A stretch of 64,000 nt of DNA, taken from the NCBI GenBank assembly GCA_963704365.1, contig OY969899.1:1009806-1073805 (forward strand), read 5' to 3'. Shown in pieces: positions 1-9,798 of this stretch (position 1 is its first letter; each line of letters starts with the position of its first letter). A model generated the notes under the pieces. It saw only the letters and a list, made by a program, of their open reading frames with translations. It searched no databases and had not been told where the DNA came from. Source of the DNA: Parachlamydiales bacterium (GTDB taxonomy: Bacteria > Chlamydiota > Chlamydiia > Chlamydiales > JAJFMK01). The translations under genes and the position numbers were made by a program.

Positions 1-288
1 GTTCCAGTCGATCCTTCTAGCCGAGCTAGACTATAAGGTTCTTTTGAGTCATTTTGGCAAGAATTGTAAAATTCATTTAGACTATGAAGGTCTCTTATAA
101 AATTATTCACGTGCATAGTGGTAGTGTTTGTAAACATGAAAAATATCCCATAGTGAAATCAAGATGATATCAAAACTTAAATTAAAGTTTTTATCAATGC
201 TCTTTTTTCCTTCCAAAATCGAAAGGGTCCTTCATTTTTCATAGCCTCTTCGCTTCGTGTCGCAGCATCCCGCTAATCCTGCCCATCC

Positions 289-319
289 CATACGCATCAA
301 CCTAAGCCTAGAGGTAGAT
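289..319 (+). repeat. Dispersed repeat, copy A (CATACGCATCAACCTAAGCCTAGAGGTAGAT)
   Basis: 31/31 nt identical to 63970-64000 at the far end of the window. An inverted partial copy lies at 591-623. Confidence 0.8.
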
Positions 320-406
320 GCTAAGCTAATTAACCACAAATAGATGGAATAAAAAAAGAGTAGAATATCAGAGTCGATCATTCTAGAAGGGGCAATTCAA
401 AATCCT

Positions 407-483
407 CTCTCTGTGCTCTCTGTGAGCTCTGTGGTAAAAAATAAAAAAAAGATCACCACAGAGCTCACGGAGAGCACAGAGAG
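407..483. repeat. Long hairpin with 29-bp arms built from a 9-nt periodic unit (CTCTCTGTG x3)
   Basis: Arm 407-435 pairs with arm 455-483, with one T/G (wobble) position. The loop is A-rich and 19 nt long (436-454). Confidence 0.85.
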
Positions 484-590
484 TAATCTTGGGCCTTTCT
501 TCGAAGATTTAAGCCGTTTTTGACTAAATTGATTTCCAAACGTTTCTTTGTAAGTAATTTGCTTTTAACAGATTGTTGAGAAATTGGTAT

Positions 591-623
591 TCCTTAAGTT
601 GATGCGTATGCCTGCCTATCCTG
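591..623 (-). repeat. Dispersed repeat, inverted partial copy
   Basis: The reverse complement of 598-623 (CAGGATAGGCAGGCATACGCATCAAC) matches 63956-63981 exactly. With 591-597 included it also matches copy A, with mismatches. Confidence 0.75.
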
Positions 624-728
624 TAATTTTTTATTTTTTACCCTGTTTTTTTCTCTGTTATGTCAATTTCTCTTGGAGAGAACAGCTATATCCTGTATCC
701 TTTTGTCTTTTAGATCTCGAGAATTGTT

Positions 729-1046
729 ATGCAAAAGAAAAAACATCCAGATTATCAACAAGTTCTTTTTATCGACTCCTCTACAGGGTTCAAGTTTGTC
801 TGCGGCTCAACACTGAAGCCAAAGGAAACGGCTACCCATGAAGGGAAAACATATCCTGTTTATCCCTTGTCGATTTCATCAGCTTCACACCCTCTTTTTA
901 CCGGCAGCAAACAGCTGGTCGACTCTGAAGGACGTGTTGACAAGTTCAAAAAACGTTATGAGCAAAAAGCTGCTGCTATTAAACCAGCTGCTGTTGAACC
1001 TGCCCCTGCTAAAAAAGCCGCGGCTAAAACCACTAAGAAAAAGTAA
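729..1046 (+). CDS. rpmE: 50S ribosomal protein L31, type B, with Ala/Lys-rich C-terminal tail
   Basis: 105-aa ORF with the L31 pattern [41 protein letters not shown]. It lacks the CxxC zinc motif (type B). The tail is [25 protein letters not shown]. Confidence 0.9.
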   Translation: MQKKKHPDYQQVLFIDSSTGFKFVCGSTLKPKETATHEGKTYPVYPLSISSASHPLFTGSKQLVDSEGRVDKFKKRYEQKAAAIKPAAVEPAPAKKAAAKTTKKK

Positions 1047-1055
1047 TATCTGATC

Positions 1056-2128
1056 ATGCTCCTTGAAAAGAAGGCTGAAGAATTGTTGTCTCGCCTTCCT
1101 GCATTGGAGGCAGAACTCAGTAACCCTGATTGTGTCCGGGACCAAAAAAGGTTTCGGGCCCTTTCTGGGGAGCACGCCTATCTAAACACCGTCAAAGAAA
1201 CTTTTCAAACACTTCAGAAAGCTCAAAAAGAGCTCGATGAGGCCAAATCCCTCCTCAAAAGTGAAACGGACCCCTCCTTTATTCCCGTCTTAGAAGAGGA
1301 GATCAAGAAGCTTACAGAGCTTCTTGAGAAAAAGGGGCAGAATTTGAGACGCTACTCGTACCGCCCGATCCCCTAGACAGCGCCAATTGCATCATCGAAA
1401 TCCGTGCCGGTACCGGCGGTGAAGAAGCAGCCCTATTCGTGGCCGATTGCGCCAGGATGTACAAACTTTTTGCCGACAGAATGGGATGGAAATATGAAGT
1501 TTTAAGTGCGACTGATGCCGATATGGGGGGATATAAAGAGTTCCTCATGACTCTGTCTGGTGAAAATGTCTATCGTCTCATGAAACATGAAGGGGGTACC
1601 CATCGGGTTCAACGTGTACCTGCAACAGAAGCTCAAGGGCGTATCCACACTTCAGCCGTTACCATGGCAGTTCTTGTCGAGCCTGCAGAAGATGAAGAGA
1701 TTGTCATCGATGAAAAAGATCTGCGCATAGATACCTACCGCTCCTCTGGCGCTGGCGGTCAGCACGTCAATACAACAGACAGTGCGGTCCGAATCACCCA
1801 CATGCCTTCCGGCATTGTGGTGGCTTCACAAGAAGAACGGAGCCAGCATAAAAACAAAGAAAAGGCGATGCGGGTCTTAAAAGCTAAACTCAAAGAATAT
1901 GAGTTGGAAAAAAAGAACAGCGAAATTGCCAAAGCCCGCTCTGAACAGGTCGGCTCTGGTGACCGTTCCGAGAGGATCCGCACCTACAACTTCCCCCAAA
2001 ACCGCTTAACAGATCACCGGATCAATTACACTTCTCACGATCTTGACAAGGTGATGGATGGGCAGTTGGAGAATATGACAGGGGCTCTTGTTAAACATTT
2101 TTATCAACACCGTTTAAGTGCCGAATGA
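1056..2128 (+). CDS. prfA: Peptide chain release factor 1, split across two frames (-1 shift needed near 1329-1337)
   Basis: ORF 1056-1376 is the RF1 N-terminal coiled coil. Frame -1 opens at 1328 and reads [32 protein letters not shown], then the RF1 PAT tripeptide ([10 protein letters not shown]) and GGQ (SGAGGQHVN). The joined length of about 357 aa is typical for RF1. Confidence 0.85.
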
Positions 2129-2949
2129 AGCAACTGGGCCCTTTCTTTCAGGCAACTTGCGCTGTTCTTGAAAGCATCGGAATCCAAAGGCAAGATGTCG
2201 CCGATCTGTTTCTTCACACCTACGGTGTCGATAGACTCACTATACTGACAGAACCTAACCGAGAGATTGATGAAAATCTAATTCTTGATGGGATCCATCG
2301 ACTGAAAGAAGGGGAACCGTTCGCCTATATTGTTGGAAAAACCCCCTTTTTTGGCTGCGAAATCAAAGTGAACCGCTCGGTTTTGATACCAAGGCAAGAA
2401 ACAGAACTGTTGGTAGCCTTCGTCCTAGAAGAAACTAAAAAAATGTCAGGCCTTGTCGTTGATCTTTGCACAGGGTCAGGCTGTATTGGTATTGCCCTAA
2501 AAAAGAGCCACCCTCAGTTTGACCTTATTTTGATCGACAACTCTGAAAAAGCTTTGCAGCTTGCTAAGGAAAATAGTGAGCTCAATGGAGTCGACGTTGA
2601 AATCCTATTAGGAGATTTTTTAGAACCTTTGAAGGGTAGAAAAATTGACATCCTTGTCTGCAATCCTCCCTATGTTTCCGCCGATGAGTATGAAAACTTG
2701 GGCAAAAGCGTGAAAGATTATGAGCCAAAAGAGGCCCTTGTCGCTAAAAACCATGGTCTATTTTTCTACGAAAAACTTGCAGAGCAGCTCCCCTCTTTGA
2801 TGGAAAGTGGGGCAGAGGTTTTTTTAGAGATCAGTTCCGAGCAAGGAATTAGCGTCCCCCTCCTCTTCAGTGGCCCTGAATGGACAGGGACAAAATGTCA
2901 TCTGGATTTAGCTTCCCATCCCCGCTTCGTCTCTGCATTGAAAAGTTAA
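2125..2949 (+). CDS. prmC: Release factor glutamine N5-methyltransferase (HemK/PrmC)
   Basis: 274 aa with NPPY motif (VCNPPYV) and SAM-binding [14 protein letters not shown] overlap with the prfA stop. Confidence 0.9.
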   Translation: MKQLGPFFQATCAVLESIGIQRQDVADLFLHTYGVDRLTILTEPNREIDENLILDGIHRLKEGEPFAYIVGKTPFFGCEIKVNRSVLIPRQETELLVAFVLEETKKMSGLVVDLCTGSGCIGIALKKSHPQFDLILIDNSEKALQLAKENSELNGVDVEILLGDFLEPLKGRKIDILVCNPPYVSADEYENLGKSVKDYEPKEALVAKNHGLFFYEKLAEQLPSLMESGAEVFLEISSEQGISVPLLFSGPEWTGTKCHLDLASHPRFVSALKS

Positions 2950-2992
2950 TACTATTCTTGTAGAATTTACTCGCTACAAATAGACAAGGCGA

Positions 2993-4309
2993 ATGCAAAA
3001 CTTTCTTTCCCAAAAATTCCAGGGGATCTTTTCTCGATTAACGGGCAAGTATCAGCTAACGGAAAAAAACATCTCTCAGGCCGTACAAGAGGTCAGAGAG
3101 GCTTTTTTGGAGGCTGATGTTTCTTATCCGGTGGTCAAGGTTTTGATCGACAGCATCAAGGAAAAAGCACTAGGGAAAAAAGTTTTAGGAGCCATCAAGC
3201 CAGGCCAGCAGTTCATCAAGGCAGTACACGATGAGTTAGTGGCTTTCATGGGGGGTGACCCTGCACCGCTTAACCTTTCGAACGAGCTGAATGTTTTTCT
3301 GGTTTGCGGATTACAAGGTTCTGGAAAGACAACTTTTGCGGCAAAATTGGCCCGTTTTTTGAAAAAATCGGGAGAGGCGAGCAAACCGCTCTTACTCGCT
3401 TGTGACCTGCAAAGGCCAGCGGCTGTTGAGCAGTTGAAAGTGCTGGGGGAACAGATTGGTGTAACGGTTTTTTCGATTGATGGAGAAAAAGACCCCCGTG
3501 TAGTTGCTAAAAAGGGTTTAGAGTTTGCAAAAAATGGCAACCATGACGTTGTCATTGCAGACACGGCTGGCCGTCTTCATATCGACGAAGCTTTGATGAC
3601 CGAGCTGAAAGAGATCAAAGGGCTTTTGAAGCCTTCTGAAGTTCTTTTTGTGGCCAATGCCACCTTTGGTCAGGATGCGGTCAAAACGGCTGAAGCCTTC
3701 CAGAAAGAACTTGGAATTACCGGTTCTGTTCTGACGATGTTGGATGGAAATACAAGAGGGGGGGCTGCCCTCTCGATCCGCCACATGACTGGGAAACCTC
3801 TAAAGTTTGAAGGGGTTGGTGAGCGGGTCGAAGATTTACAACCCTTCAACCCAAAATCGATGGCCGATCGGATTTTAGGAATGGGTGATACGATTAACCT
3901 CGTCCGTAAAGCTGAGGAACATTTTGATAAAGCCTCCATGGAAGACATGGAGAAAAAAATACTCGATGCGAGCTTCACCTATGCGGATCTGTCCAAACAG
4001 TTCCAGATGATGAAGAAGATGGGTTCGCTGAAAGGATTGCTTGGGATGTTGCCTGGTATGGGAAATATCAACTTGGGCGATCTCGACGAGAGAAAGTTTT
4101 TACATCTAGAGGCCATGATCCTCTCGATGACAAAAGATGAGCGAAATGGACGGGTTGAACTGACCATGTCTCGCCGCAAACGAATTGCTCGTGGAAGCGG
4201 CACAGTTTTAGATGAAGTGAATCGCTTGGTTAAAATGTATGGCCAGGCCAAAGAGTTTTTTAAGAAAGGTCCAAATATGAAGAATTTACAGAAGTTAATG
4301 GGAGGCTAG
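2993..4309 (+). CDS. ffh: Signal recognition particle protein Ffh (SRP54)
   Basis: 438 aa with GLQGSGKTT P-loop, DTAGR, and a Met-rich M domain (MMKKMGSLKGLLGMLPGMG). Confidence 0.95.
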   Translation: MQNFLSQKFQGIFSRLTGKYQLTEKNISQAVQEVREAFLEADVSYPVVKVLIDSIKEKALGKKVLGAIKPGQQFIKAVHDELVAFMGGDPAPLNLSNELNVFLVCGLQGSGKTTFAAKLARFLKKSGEASKPLLLACDLQRPAAVEQLKVLGEQIGVTVFSIDGEKDPRVVAKKGLEFAKNGNHDVVIADTAGRLHIDEALMTELKEIKGLLKPSEVLFVANATFGQDAVKTAEAFQKELGITGSVLTMLDGNTRGGAALSIRHMTGKPLKFEGVGERVEDLQPFNPKSMADRILGMGDTINLVRKAEEHFDKASMEDMEKKILDASFTYADLSKQFQMMKKMGSLKGLLGMLPGMGNINLGDLDERKFLHLEAMILSMTKDERNGRVELTMSRRKRIARGSGTVLDEVNRLVKMYGQAKEFFKKGPNMKNLQKLMGG

Positions 4310-4315
4310 AAAAGA

Positions 4316-4654
4316 GTGGCTTTAACAATTAGATTAAGACAACAAGGAAAAAGAAACCGGTTGAGCTACCGCCTTGTAGTTATCGAAGAAAAAGCAGCTC
4401 GTGAAGGCCGCTATGTTGAGAATTTGGGATGGTATGATCCCCATGCACCTAGCGAAGAGACCATGTTGAAATTTGATGCAGAGCGTATTGCCCATTGGTT
4501 AGCACTTGGTGCCTCAATTTCGGAGCATGCGACTTCATTGGTTAAACGGGTTTCTCCAGAAGTAATCAAAGTGCACCATGCAAGAGAAGTTACACGTCGT
4601 GCTAACGCCCTTGCTAAGAGAAAAGAGAGAAAGGCCCGTCAAGCCGCTGCGTAA
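4316..4654 (+). CDS. rpsP: 30S ribosomal protein S16
   Basis: GTG start. Begins MALTIRLRQQGKRNRLSYRLVV..GWYDP and has a basic C-terminal tail. Confidence 0.9.
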   Translation: MALTIRLRQQGKRNRLSYRLVVIEEKAAREGRYVENLGWYDPHAPSEETMLKFDAERIAHWLALGASISEHATSLVKRVSPEVIKVHHAREVTRRANALAKRKERKARQAAA

Positions 4655-5343
4655 TGGAGATTGAGCTTCTTTCCTTGTTTCCTGGCTATTTTGAGTCTCC
4701 CTTCAAGGAGTCCATTTTAGGCCGAGCTATCAAGGGTGGGCTTTTGAACGTGAATCTGGTGGATATCCGAGATTATACTGAGGATAAAAACCGCAGAGTG
4801 GATGATCGCCCTTATGGGGGTGGACCTGGAATGGTGATGATGCCAGGGCCTGTAGCCAATGCTATACGGGCCCGTAAAAAAGAGAACTCGACCGTTGTCT
4901 ATCTAGCACCTGAGGGAGAGCCCTTCACTGCGGCTCTTGCAAAGGAGTTTGCATCACTTGATCACTTAGTACTCCTTTCGGGACACTATGAAGGGATTGA
5001 TCAAAGGGTGATCGATTTAGAGGTGGACCGAACAGTCTCCGTAGGCGATTTTGTCCTCACGAGTGGGTGTACGGCCGCTTTATTGGTCCTTGATGCACTC
5101 GTAAGGTTTATTCCAGGAGCGTTGGGAGATGCTGCCTCAAGTGTAGAAGACTCGTTTGAGGGAGAAGGGTGGCTTGATTGCCCCCATTATACAAGACCTG
5201 ATCTGTTTGAAGGACAGCAGGTACCTGAAGTTTTAAAAAGTGGAGATCATGCTTTGATAAAAGCATGGCGTCGGGAACAGGCCCGGCAGAAAACTCTCCG
5301 CCACCGACCAGATTTGGTCGACAAAAAAGTTTTTTGGAGTTAG
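4654..5343 (+). CDS. trmD: tRNA (guanine37-N1)-methyltransferase
   Basis: 229 aa with [13 protein letters not shown] and [11 protein letters not shown] motifs. TAATG overlap with rpsP. Confidence 0.95.
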   Translation: MEIELLSLFPGYFESPFKESILGRAIKGGLLNVNLVDIRDYTEDKNRRVDDRPYGGGPGMVMMPGPVANAIRARKKENSTVVYLAPEGEPFTAALAKEFASLDHLVLLSGHYEGIDQRVIDLEVDRTVSVGDFVLTSGCTAALLVLDALVRFIPGALGDAASSVEDSFEGEGWLDCPHYTRPDLFEGQQVPEVLKSGDHALIKAWRREQARQKTLRHRPDLVDKKVFWS

Positions 5344-5345
5344 TT

Positions 5346-5762
5346 ATGACGTATTCAAAGTTAATTGAATCGATTGATCAAGATCAGCTGAAGAAAGAGA
5401 TCCCTGATTTTCGCGTGGGAGACCTTATCCGGGTTCACCTCCGTATTGCTGAAGGGGACAAAGAAAGGATCCAGATCTTTGCTGGAACTGTGATTGCTAA
5501 AAAAGGTTCAGGACTTTCTGAAACTTTCTCTCTGCACCGTGTAGCTTATGGCGAAGGGATGGAAAGGGTTTTTCTACTCCATAGCCCAAAAATTGCAAAG
5601 ATCGAAAACGTCCGTTCAGGAAAAGTTCGTCGTGCAAAGCTTTACTACATCCGTGGAAAGCAAGGGAAAGCTGCGAAGATCCAAGCTCGCCTTGGCGTTC
5701 GGAAGACCAAAGGGCCCGTCGTCGTGAGCGAAGAGAATGGTACAGCACCGACCGACGTTTGA
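5346..5762 (+). CDS. rplS: 50S ribosomal protein L19
   Basis: [37 protein letters not shown] chose the ATG at 5346 because the ORF-track start (5265) lies inside trmD. Confidence 0.9.
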   Translation: MTYSKLIESIDQDQLKKEIPDFRVGDLIRVHLRIAEGDKERIQIFAGTVIAKKGSGLSETFSLHRVAYGEGMERVFLLHSPKIAKIENVRSGKVRRAKLYYIRGKQGKAAKIQARLGVRKTKGPVVVSEENGTAPTDV

Positions 5763-6414
5763 GGTTGTTCCTGAAAAGGAGTGGCGCCGTCTGAAAAAAT
5801 TAACGAAGATCGAGGAAAAAGGTTATCGAGCTGGCTATATAACTATAGCTGGCGTCGATGAAGCCGGACGAGGGCCTCTAGCAGGGCCTGTGTTTGCTGC
5901 TGCCTGTATCATTCCTCGCAAACTTTTAATTCCCGGTGTCGATGATTGCAAAAAGCTGCTTCCTGCTAAACGGGAAGCGGTTTTTAAGTCGTTAGTTTCT
6001 CATCCCGAAATCATTTATGGTGTCGGAATGGTTGAACATGATGTGATCGACGAGATCAACATCTTCCAAGCCACCATCCAAGCGATGTTACTGGCTATTT
6101 CGCAGCTGCGAATAAAACCAGATTTTCTCCTAGTGGATGGACTAAGCCTCCCCCACACCGATATCCCCTGTGAAAAGGTGATCAAAGGAGATGAGCAGTG
6201 CTTGTCGATTGCAGCAGCCTCGGTCATTGCAAAAGTAAGCCGTGACAACTACATGCAAGCCATGCACGAAAAATACCCACAATATGGCTTTAACACCCAC
6301 AAAGGGTACGCCACAGAAAAACACCTGAAAGCTTTAAAGCTATACGGTCCATCCCCTATTCATAGGCTCACTTTCAAAAGTGTTGATCCTATAGAGGAGG
6401 AGGCCCTTGTATGA
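5737..6414 (+). CDS. rnhB: Ribonuclease HII
   Basis: [14 protein letters not shown] catalytic motif and [10 protein letters not shown]. The start is uncertain because it overlaps the rplS tail. Confidence 0.9.
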   Translation: MVQHRPTFEVVPEKEWRRLKKLTKIEEKGYRAGYITIAGVDEAGRGPLAGPVFAAACIIPRKLLIPGVDDCKKLLPAKREAVFKSLVSHPEIIYGVGMVEHDVIDEINIFQATIQAMLLAISQLRIKPDFLLVDGLSLPHTDIPCEKVIKGDEQCLSIAAASVIAKVSRDNYMQAMHEKYPQYGFNTHKGYATEKHLKALKLYGPSPIHRLTFKSVDPIEEEALV

Positions 6415-6857
6415 GACATTGGACTTCGACCCTTCTGTTAATCGAAGGGGATCAAGTGCTCTTGATCTACCACAAAAAATTCAATAAATGGACGCCACCT
6501 GGCGGTCATGTCGAAGGGGATGAACTTCTTCACGAAGCTGCTTTAAGAGAGGTGATGGAAGAGGTGGGCCTGCAAGCTGAAATCATTGGGGATGAACATC
6601 TCAATTTCTCGTACGACCTTGCTCATACTATCCCACGTCCTTTTTTGATCCAACTAGAGAATATCCCTGCATATAATGATCAGCCTGCACATCAGCACAT
6701 TGATGCTATTTATGTCGGCCGTGTGGTCGGAGATACAATGCCTAAAGGGTGTGAAAATGCTTGCTGGTACCCTCTGGACCAACTGAACGACCTTGAGATG
6801 TTCACTGAAACACGTGAAGCGATCTGGAAAGCCAGAGAGGTCTTTGCCCATGTCTAA
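6411..6857 (+). CDS. NUDIX hydrolase
   Basis: Nudix box GGHVEGDELLHEAALREVMEEVGL. ATGA overlap with rnhB. Confidence 0.85.
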   Translation: MRHWTSTLLLIEGDQVLLIYHKKFNKWTPPGGHVEGDELLHEAALREVMEEVGLQAEIIGDEHLNFSYDLAHTIPRPFLIQLENIPAYNDQPAHQHIDAIYVGRVVGDTMPKGCENACWYPLDQLNDLEMFTETREAIWKAREVFAHV

Positions 6858-7941
6858 TCCTCAAACGGTTGTCGTTGCAATGTCTGGAGGGGTAGATTCC
6901 TCTGTTGCTGCTAAAATGATGGTCGATCAAGGCTATCGCGCAGTAGGCATGACCATGCGCCTTTATAAAGGGGCAGAAGCAGAAGGTGCTTCTTGCTCCA
7001 CCCAAAGTTGCTGCGGGGAAGAGTCGGTCGATGATGCGCGCCTTGTTGCCAACACACTGGGTATCCCTTATTACGCCATCAACTTCAAACAAGAATTTTG
7101 GGATGAGGTGATCACCGTTTTTGCAGACCAATATTTTGCTGGAAGGACACCAAGCCCATGCATTCTCTGCAACCAAAAGCTGAAATTTGAATCGCTTTAT
7201 GATAAAGCGATGGAAATTGGAGCTGCCTATGTAGTGACAGGCCATTATGCTCGAATCGGATTTGACACAGTCAATGGGCGTTGGAACCTAATCAGAGGGA
7301 AAGATAGAAACAAGGACCAATCTTATTTCCTTTTCGGGATGACCCAAGAACAACTTTCTAAAACTCTTTTCCCTTGTGGCGAATTTAGTAAGCCTGAAAT
7401 TCGGCAATTCGCCGAAGAAGGGGATCTGGTCACCGCTAAAAAAAGGGAAAGCCAAGACATCTGCTTCATCCCTAACGGGGATTATGCAGGTTTTCTGGAA
7501 CGACATTTTCCTGAAAGGGCACAAGCTGCCAAAGGGAAAATCAAGAAGGCAGATGGCACCATTTTGGGCGATCATAACGGGATACATAGCCTAACGATTG
7601 GGCAAAGAAAATTGGGCGTAGCTTTCGGACAACCTCTCTATGTCAGCGGCATTGATGCGGTAACAAAAGAGGTCACTGTTGGTGAACGGCATCAAGTTGA
7701 AAAAAGAGAAATGACTGTTTCTCGTGTGAACTGGATTGCCAAAGAACCAAATGTTGGCGATTCTTATAAGCTTTCTGTCAGGATCCGTTCCCGTGGCCCA
7801 GAATCGGTTGCAACTGTTACAGCTTTGGAAAATAATCGGGCCGAAGTTGTATTTGACGAGCCGCAATTGGCCATCACACCAGGCCAAGCTGCCGTTTTCT
7901 ATGATGAAGACAAAGTGTTTGGTGGTGGTTGGATTGATTAA
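6850..7941 (+). CDS. mnmA: tRNA-specific 2-thiouridylase MnmA
   Basis: PP-loop VAMSGGVDSSVAA, GHYAR and DQSYFL motifs. Start trimmed to the ATG at 6850 (MSNPQTVVV). Confidence 0.95.
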   Translation: MSNPQTVVVAMSGGVDSSVAAKMMVDQGYRAVGMTMRLYKGAEAEGASCSTQSCCGEESVDDARLVANTLGIPYYAINFKQEFWDEVITVFADQYFAGRTPSPCILCNQKLKFESLYDKAMEIGAAYVVTGHYARIGFDTVNGRWNLIRGKDRNKDQSYFLFGMTQEQLSKTLFPCGEFSKPEIRQFAEEGDLVTAKKRESQDICFIPNGDYAGFLERHFPERAQAAKGKIKKADGTILGDHNGIHSLTIGQRKLGVAFGQPLYVSGIDAVTKEVTVGERHQVEKREMTVSRVNWIAKEPNVGDSYKLSVRIRSRGPESVATVTALENNRAEVVFDEPQLAITPGQAAVFYDEDKVFGGGWID

Positions 7942-8908
7942 GGTTTTAGTTGTTAAAACATCAAGTCTTGGTGATATCCTCCAAACATTTCCTGTTATAG
8001 CTACCCTTAAAAAGGCATTTCCCGATTGCACCATTGATTGGGTAGTCGAAAAAGGGGGTGCCGCTCTCATCACTGCCCACCCTCTGATCGATAATGCCCT
8101 CGTAGTGGATAGTAAAAAATGGGGTCACCTCCCTTCCCTTTTTAAACAGTTAAAAATGGTCCGCTCAAAAAAGTACGATGTCCTTTTGGATATGCAAAGC
8201 AATTCGAAATCGGCCCTGGTCACCTTTTTTTCTCGTGCTAAACGGAAGGTAGGGTTTGGATATAAAACGCGAAGAGAATGGCCCAATCTACTGGTCACTA
8301 ATGAAAAGTATGACTGTCCCATTGGACGTAACAGACGTCTTGATTATCTTTGGCTCGTAGAACAAGCTTTCAAAATTGAGCCTGTTTTGGAAGAAAAGGT
8401 CCAGTTGCAGATCAATGAGGAAGAAAAGCTCTTTTTAAAAACACTGCCGTCCCGTCCCACCCTTGTAGCCCCTGGTTCGATGTGGAAGAACAAAACGGTC
8501 AAAAAAGAGACACTCGTTCAATTTTTAAAAAGGCTTGAAGGACCTTTTATCTTCTCTTGGGGTAGCGCTGCTGAGAAACTAGAAGTGGACTATCTAGCTG
8601 AACAGTTCGGAGGGCATGTCCTTCCAAAGCTGTCTCTGCCACACCTGCAAAGGGTGATGGGCCTCTGTAAATTGGTTGTTTCTGCCGATTCGCTGCCACT
8701 CCATTTGGCCGGTACAGCTGGTGTACCCACCTATTCCTATTTTGGCCCATCCAGTGAACAGGTTTTTCGTCCTCTTGGCATCATCCACCAATCGATTCAG
8801 GGAGCTTGCCCTTATGGTGAAGTATTCGATCAACGTTGTCGTCACCTCCGCACCTGCAAGGATGCACCCTGCATCAACAACCTCGACCTAAGTAAGTTAG
8901 ATCAGTAA
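7934..8908 (+). CDS. Glycosyltransferase family 9 (heptosyltransferase-like)
   Basis: GT9 N-terminus KVLVVKTSSLGDILQTFP, and SADSLPLHLA near the C-terminus. The start is ambiguous (GTG 7922/7925 or TTG 7934). The track start 7736 lies inside mnmA. Confidence 0.8.
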   Translation: MIKVLVVKTSSLGDILQTFPVIATLKKAFPDCTIDWVVEKGGAALITAHPLIDNALVVDSKKWGHLPSLFKQLKMVRSKKYDVLLDMQSNSKSALVTFFSRAKRKVGFGYKTRREWPNLLVTNEKYDCPIGRNRRLDYLWLVEQAFKIEPVLEEKVQLQINEEEKLFLKTLPSRPTLVAPGSMWKNKTVKKETLVQFLKRLEGPFIFSWGSAAEKLEVDYLAEQFGGHVLPKLSLPHLQRVMGLCKLVVSADSLPLHLAGTAGVPTYSYFGPSSEQVFRPLGIIHQSIQGACPYGEVFDQRCRHLRTCKDAPCINNLDLSKLDQ

Positions 8909-9223
8909 CTAAAACCAGGAATTTCGTCTGTTTCGCAAAGCGTCTCTAGCGCCAAACTCCTGTTTCGCATTCATTAAAGCTTATTAAAAAATGCCTCAGA
9001 AACAAAGCCAAAGAGGACTTTAGAGCACTCCAAACGCTAAACCGTGATTTGTGTTTCTAATGATGAAGCTTAACTGAACAGTGTTTTTTAGTATCCGAAG
9101 GCTATCTTGCTCATCCTGTTATTTTCCTTTAAATGCTCTCTGCACTTTGTGTTAGTATGTTAGAACGTATAACTGGCTATAAATAAGGGTTCCGAGTAAA
9201 TTTTGAAGCCCAATGGAGAAATA

Positions 9224-9760
9224 ATGATCATCAACTTTTCTAATTTATTGAACGCAGTTCCCCTTTTTGGAATGGGTGTCACACTGTTTGACAACGCCTG
9301 GAAGATCAGCCCTCATAAAAATTACCCTCTTAAATATGGGAACGAACTTCCTGATGGCACTATAGAAGAATATATTCCAACACCTGATCAAATAAAAAAA
9401 GATGGTTATGGTCCTTCTTGGAGACTGATAGGTAACCCACACAATGCAAAGCTATACCTCACCCCCCTTTCTAAAATTGTTTATCTAGCTGCAAAGACGT
9501 TTATTACAGGGATGTGCTTTGTCATCATCGAAAAATATCTCGAAAAGCACTTTGTCACTCCCCTCCTTTCTATTGGGCACGGACCCGATTTAGATCTCCC
9601 AAGGCTTTTAAAAACAACATCCCAAGTGATAGGGCTTGTCTCAGGCTGGATTTTCTCTTATGTTGTTACAAGTGTTATGACTGACCGAATTGTAGCAAGC
9701 TTTGCCTATAACACACTGAATCGGATCGATCCATTTGGCCCTTCAACAGAGAAGAAATAA
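9224..9760 (+). CDS. Hypothetical small membrane protein (about 3 hydrophobic segments)
   Basis: GGAG 5 nt upstream of the ATG at 9224. Hydrophobic segments include VPLFGMGVTLF, FITGMCFVII and VIGLVSGWIFSYVVTSVM. No recognised family. Confidence 0.65.
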   Translation: MIINFSNLLNAVPLFGMGVTLFDNAWKISPHKNYPLKYGNELPDGTIEEYIPTPDQIKKDGYGPSWRLIGNPHNAKLYLTPLSKIVYLAAKTFITGMCFVIIEKYLEKHFVTPLLSIGHGPDLDLPRLLKTTSQVIGLVSGWIFSYVVTSVMTDRIVASFAYNTLNRIDPFGPSTEKK

Positions 9761-9798
9761 ATTAACATCTTAAAAAACAACCACAAAGGAACTAAACC

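Noticed and set aside
183-190. TAAAGTTT, which resembles a sigma-28 -35 element.
   Set aside because: No GCCGATA-like -10 follows at the required 11-12 nt spacing, and no gene lies downstream within reach.
407-483. The possibility that the 9-nt periodic repeats (here and at 27441-27478) are CRISPR arrays or coding tandem repeats.
   Set aside because: The units are only 9 nt long with no spacers, the arms are self-complementary, and there are no cas genes in the window. This is not a CRISPR array.
584-1053. Track ORFs 584-841 and 838-1053, which overlap rpmE in other frames.
   Set aside because: The L31 frame has clear family motifs. These alternative frames have no recognisable features and would overlap it almost completely.
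3124-3978. Antisense ORFs inside ffh (3124-3564, 3518-3784, 3670-3978). Similar shadow ORFs occur inside other conserved genes, for example 7591-8073, 25170-25583, 29120-29539, 59620-59928, 62502-62819 and 63542-63859.
   Set aside because: They lie entirely opposite strongly supported conserved genes. They have odd Ser/Arg/Pro-rich composition and no RBS, so they are typical shadow ORFs.
5265-5345. N-terminal extensions proposed by the ORF track for rplS (5265), mnmA (6793), GT9 (7736), dapB (38536), hemL (59072), paralog 2 (59020), DCC (26844) and the 37467 start.
   Set aside because: The extensions overlap upstream genes or lack an RBS. Conserved family N-termini begin at internal ATGs with better context.
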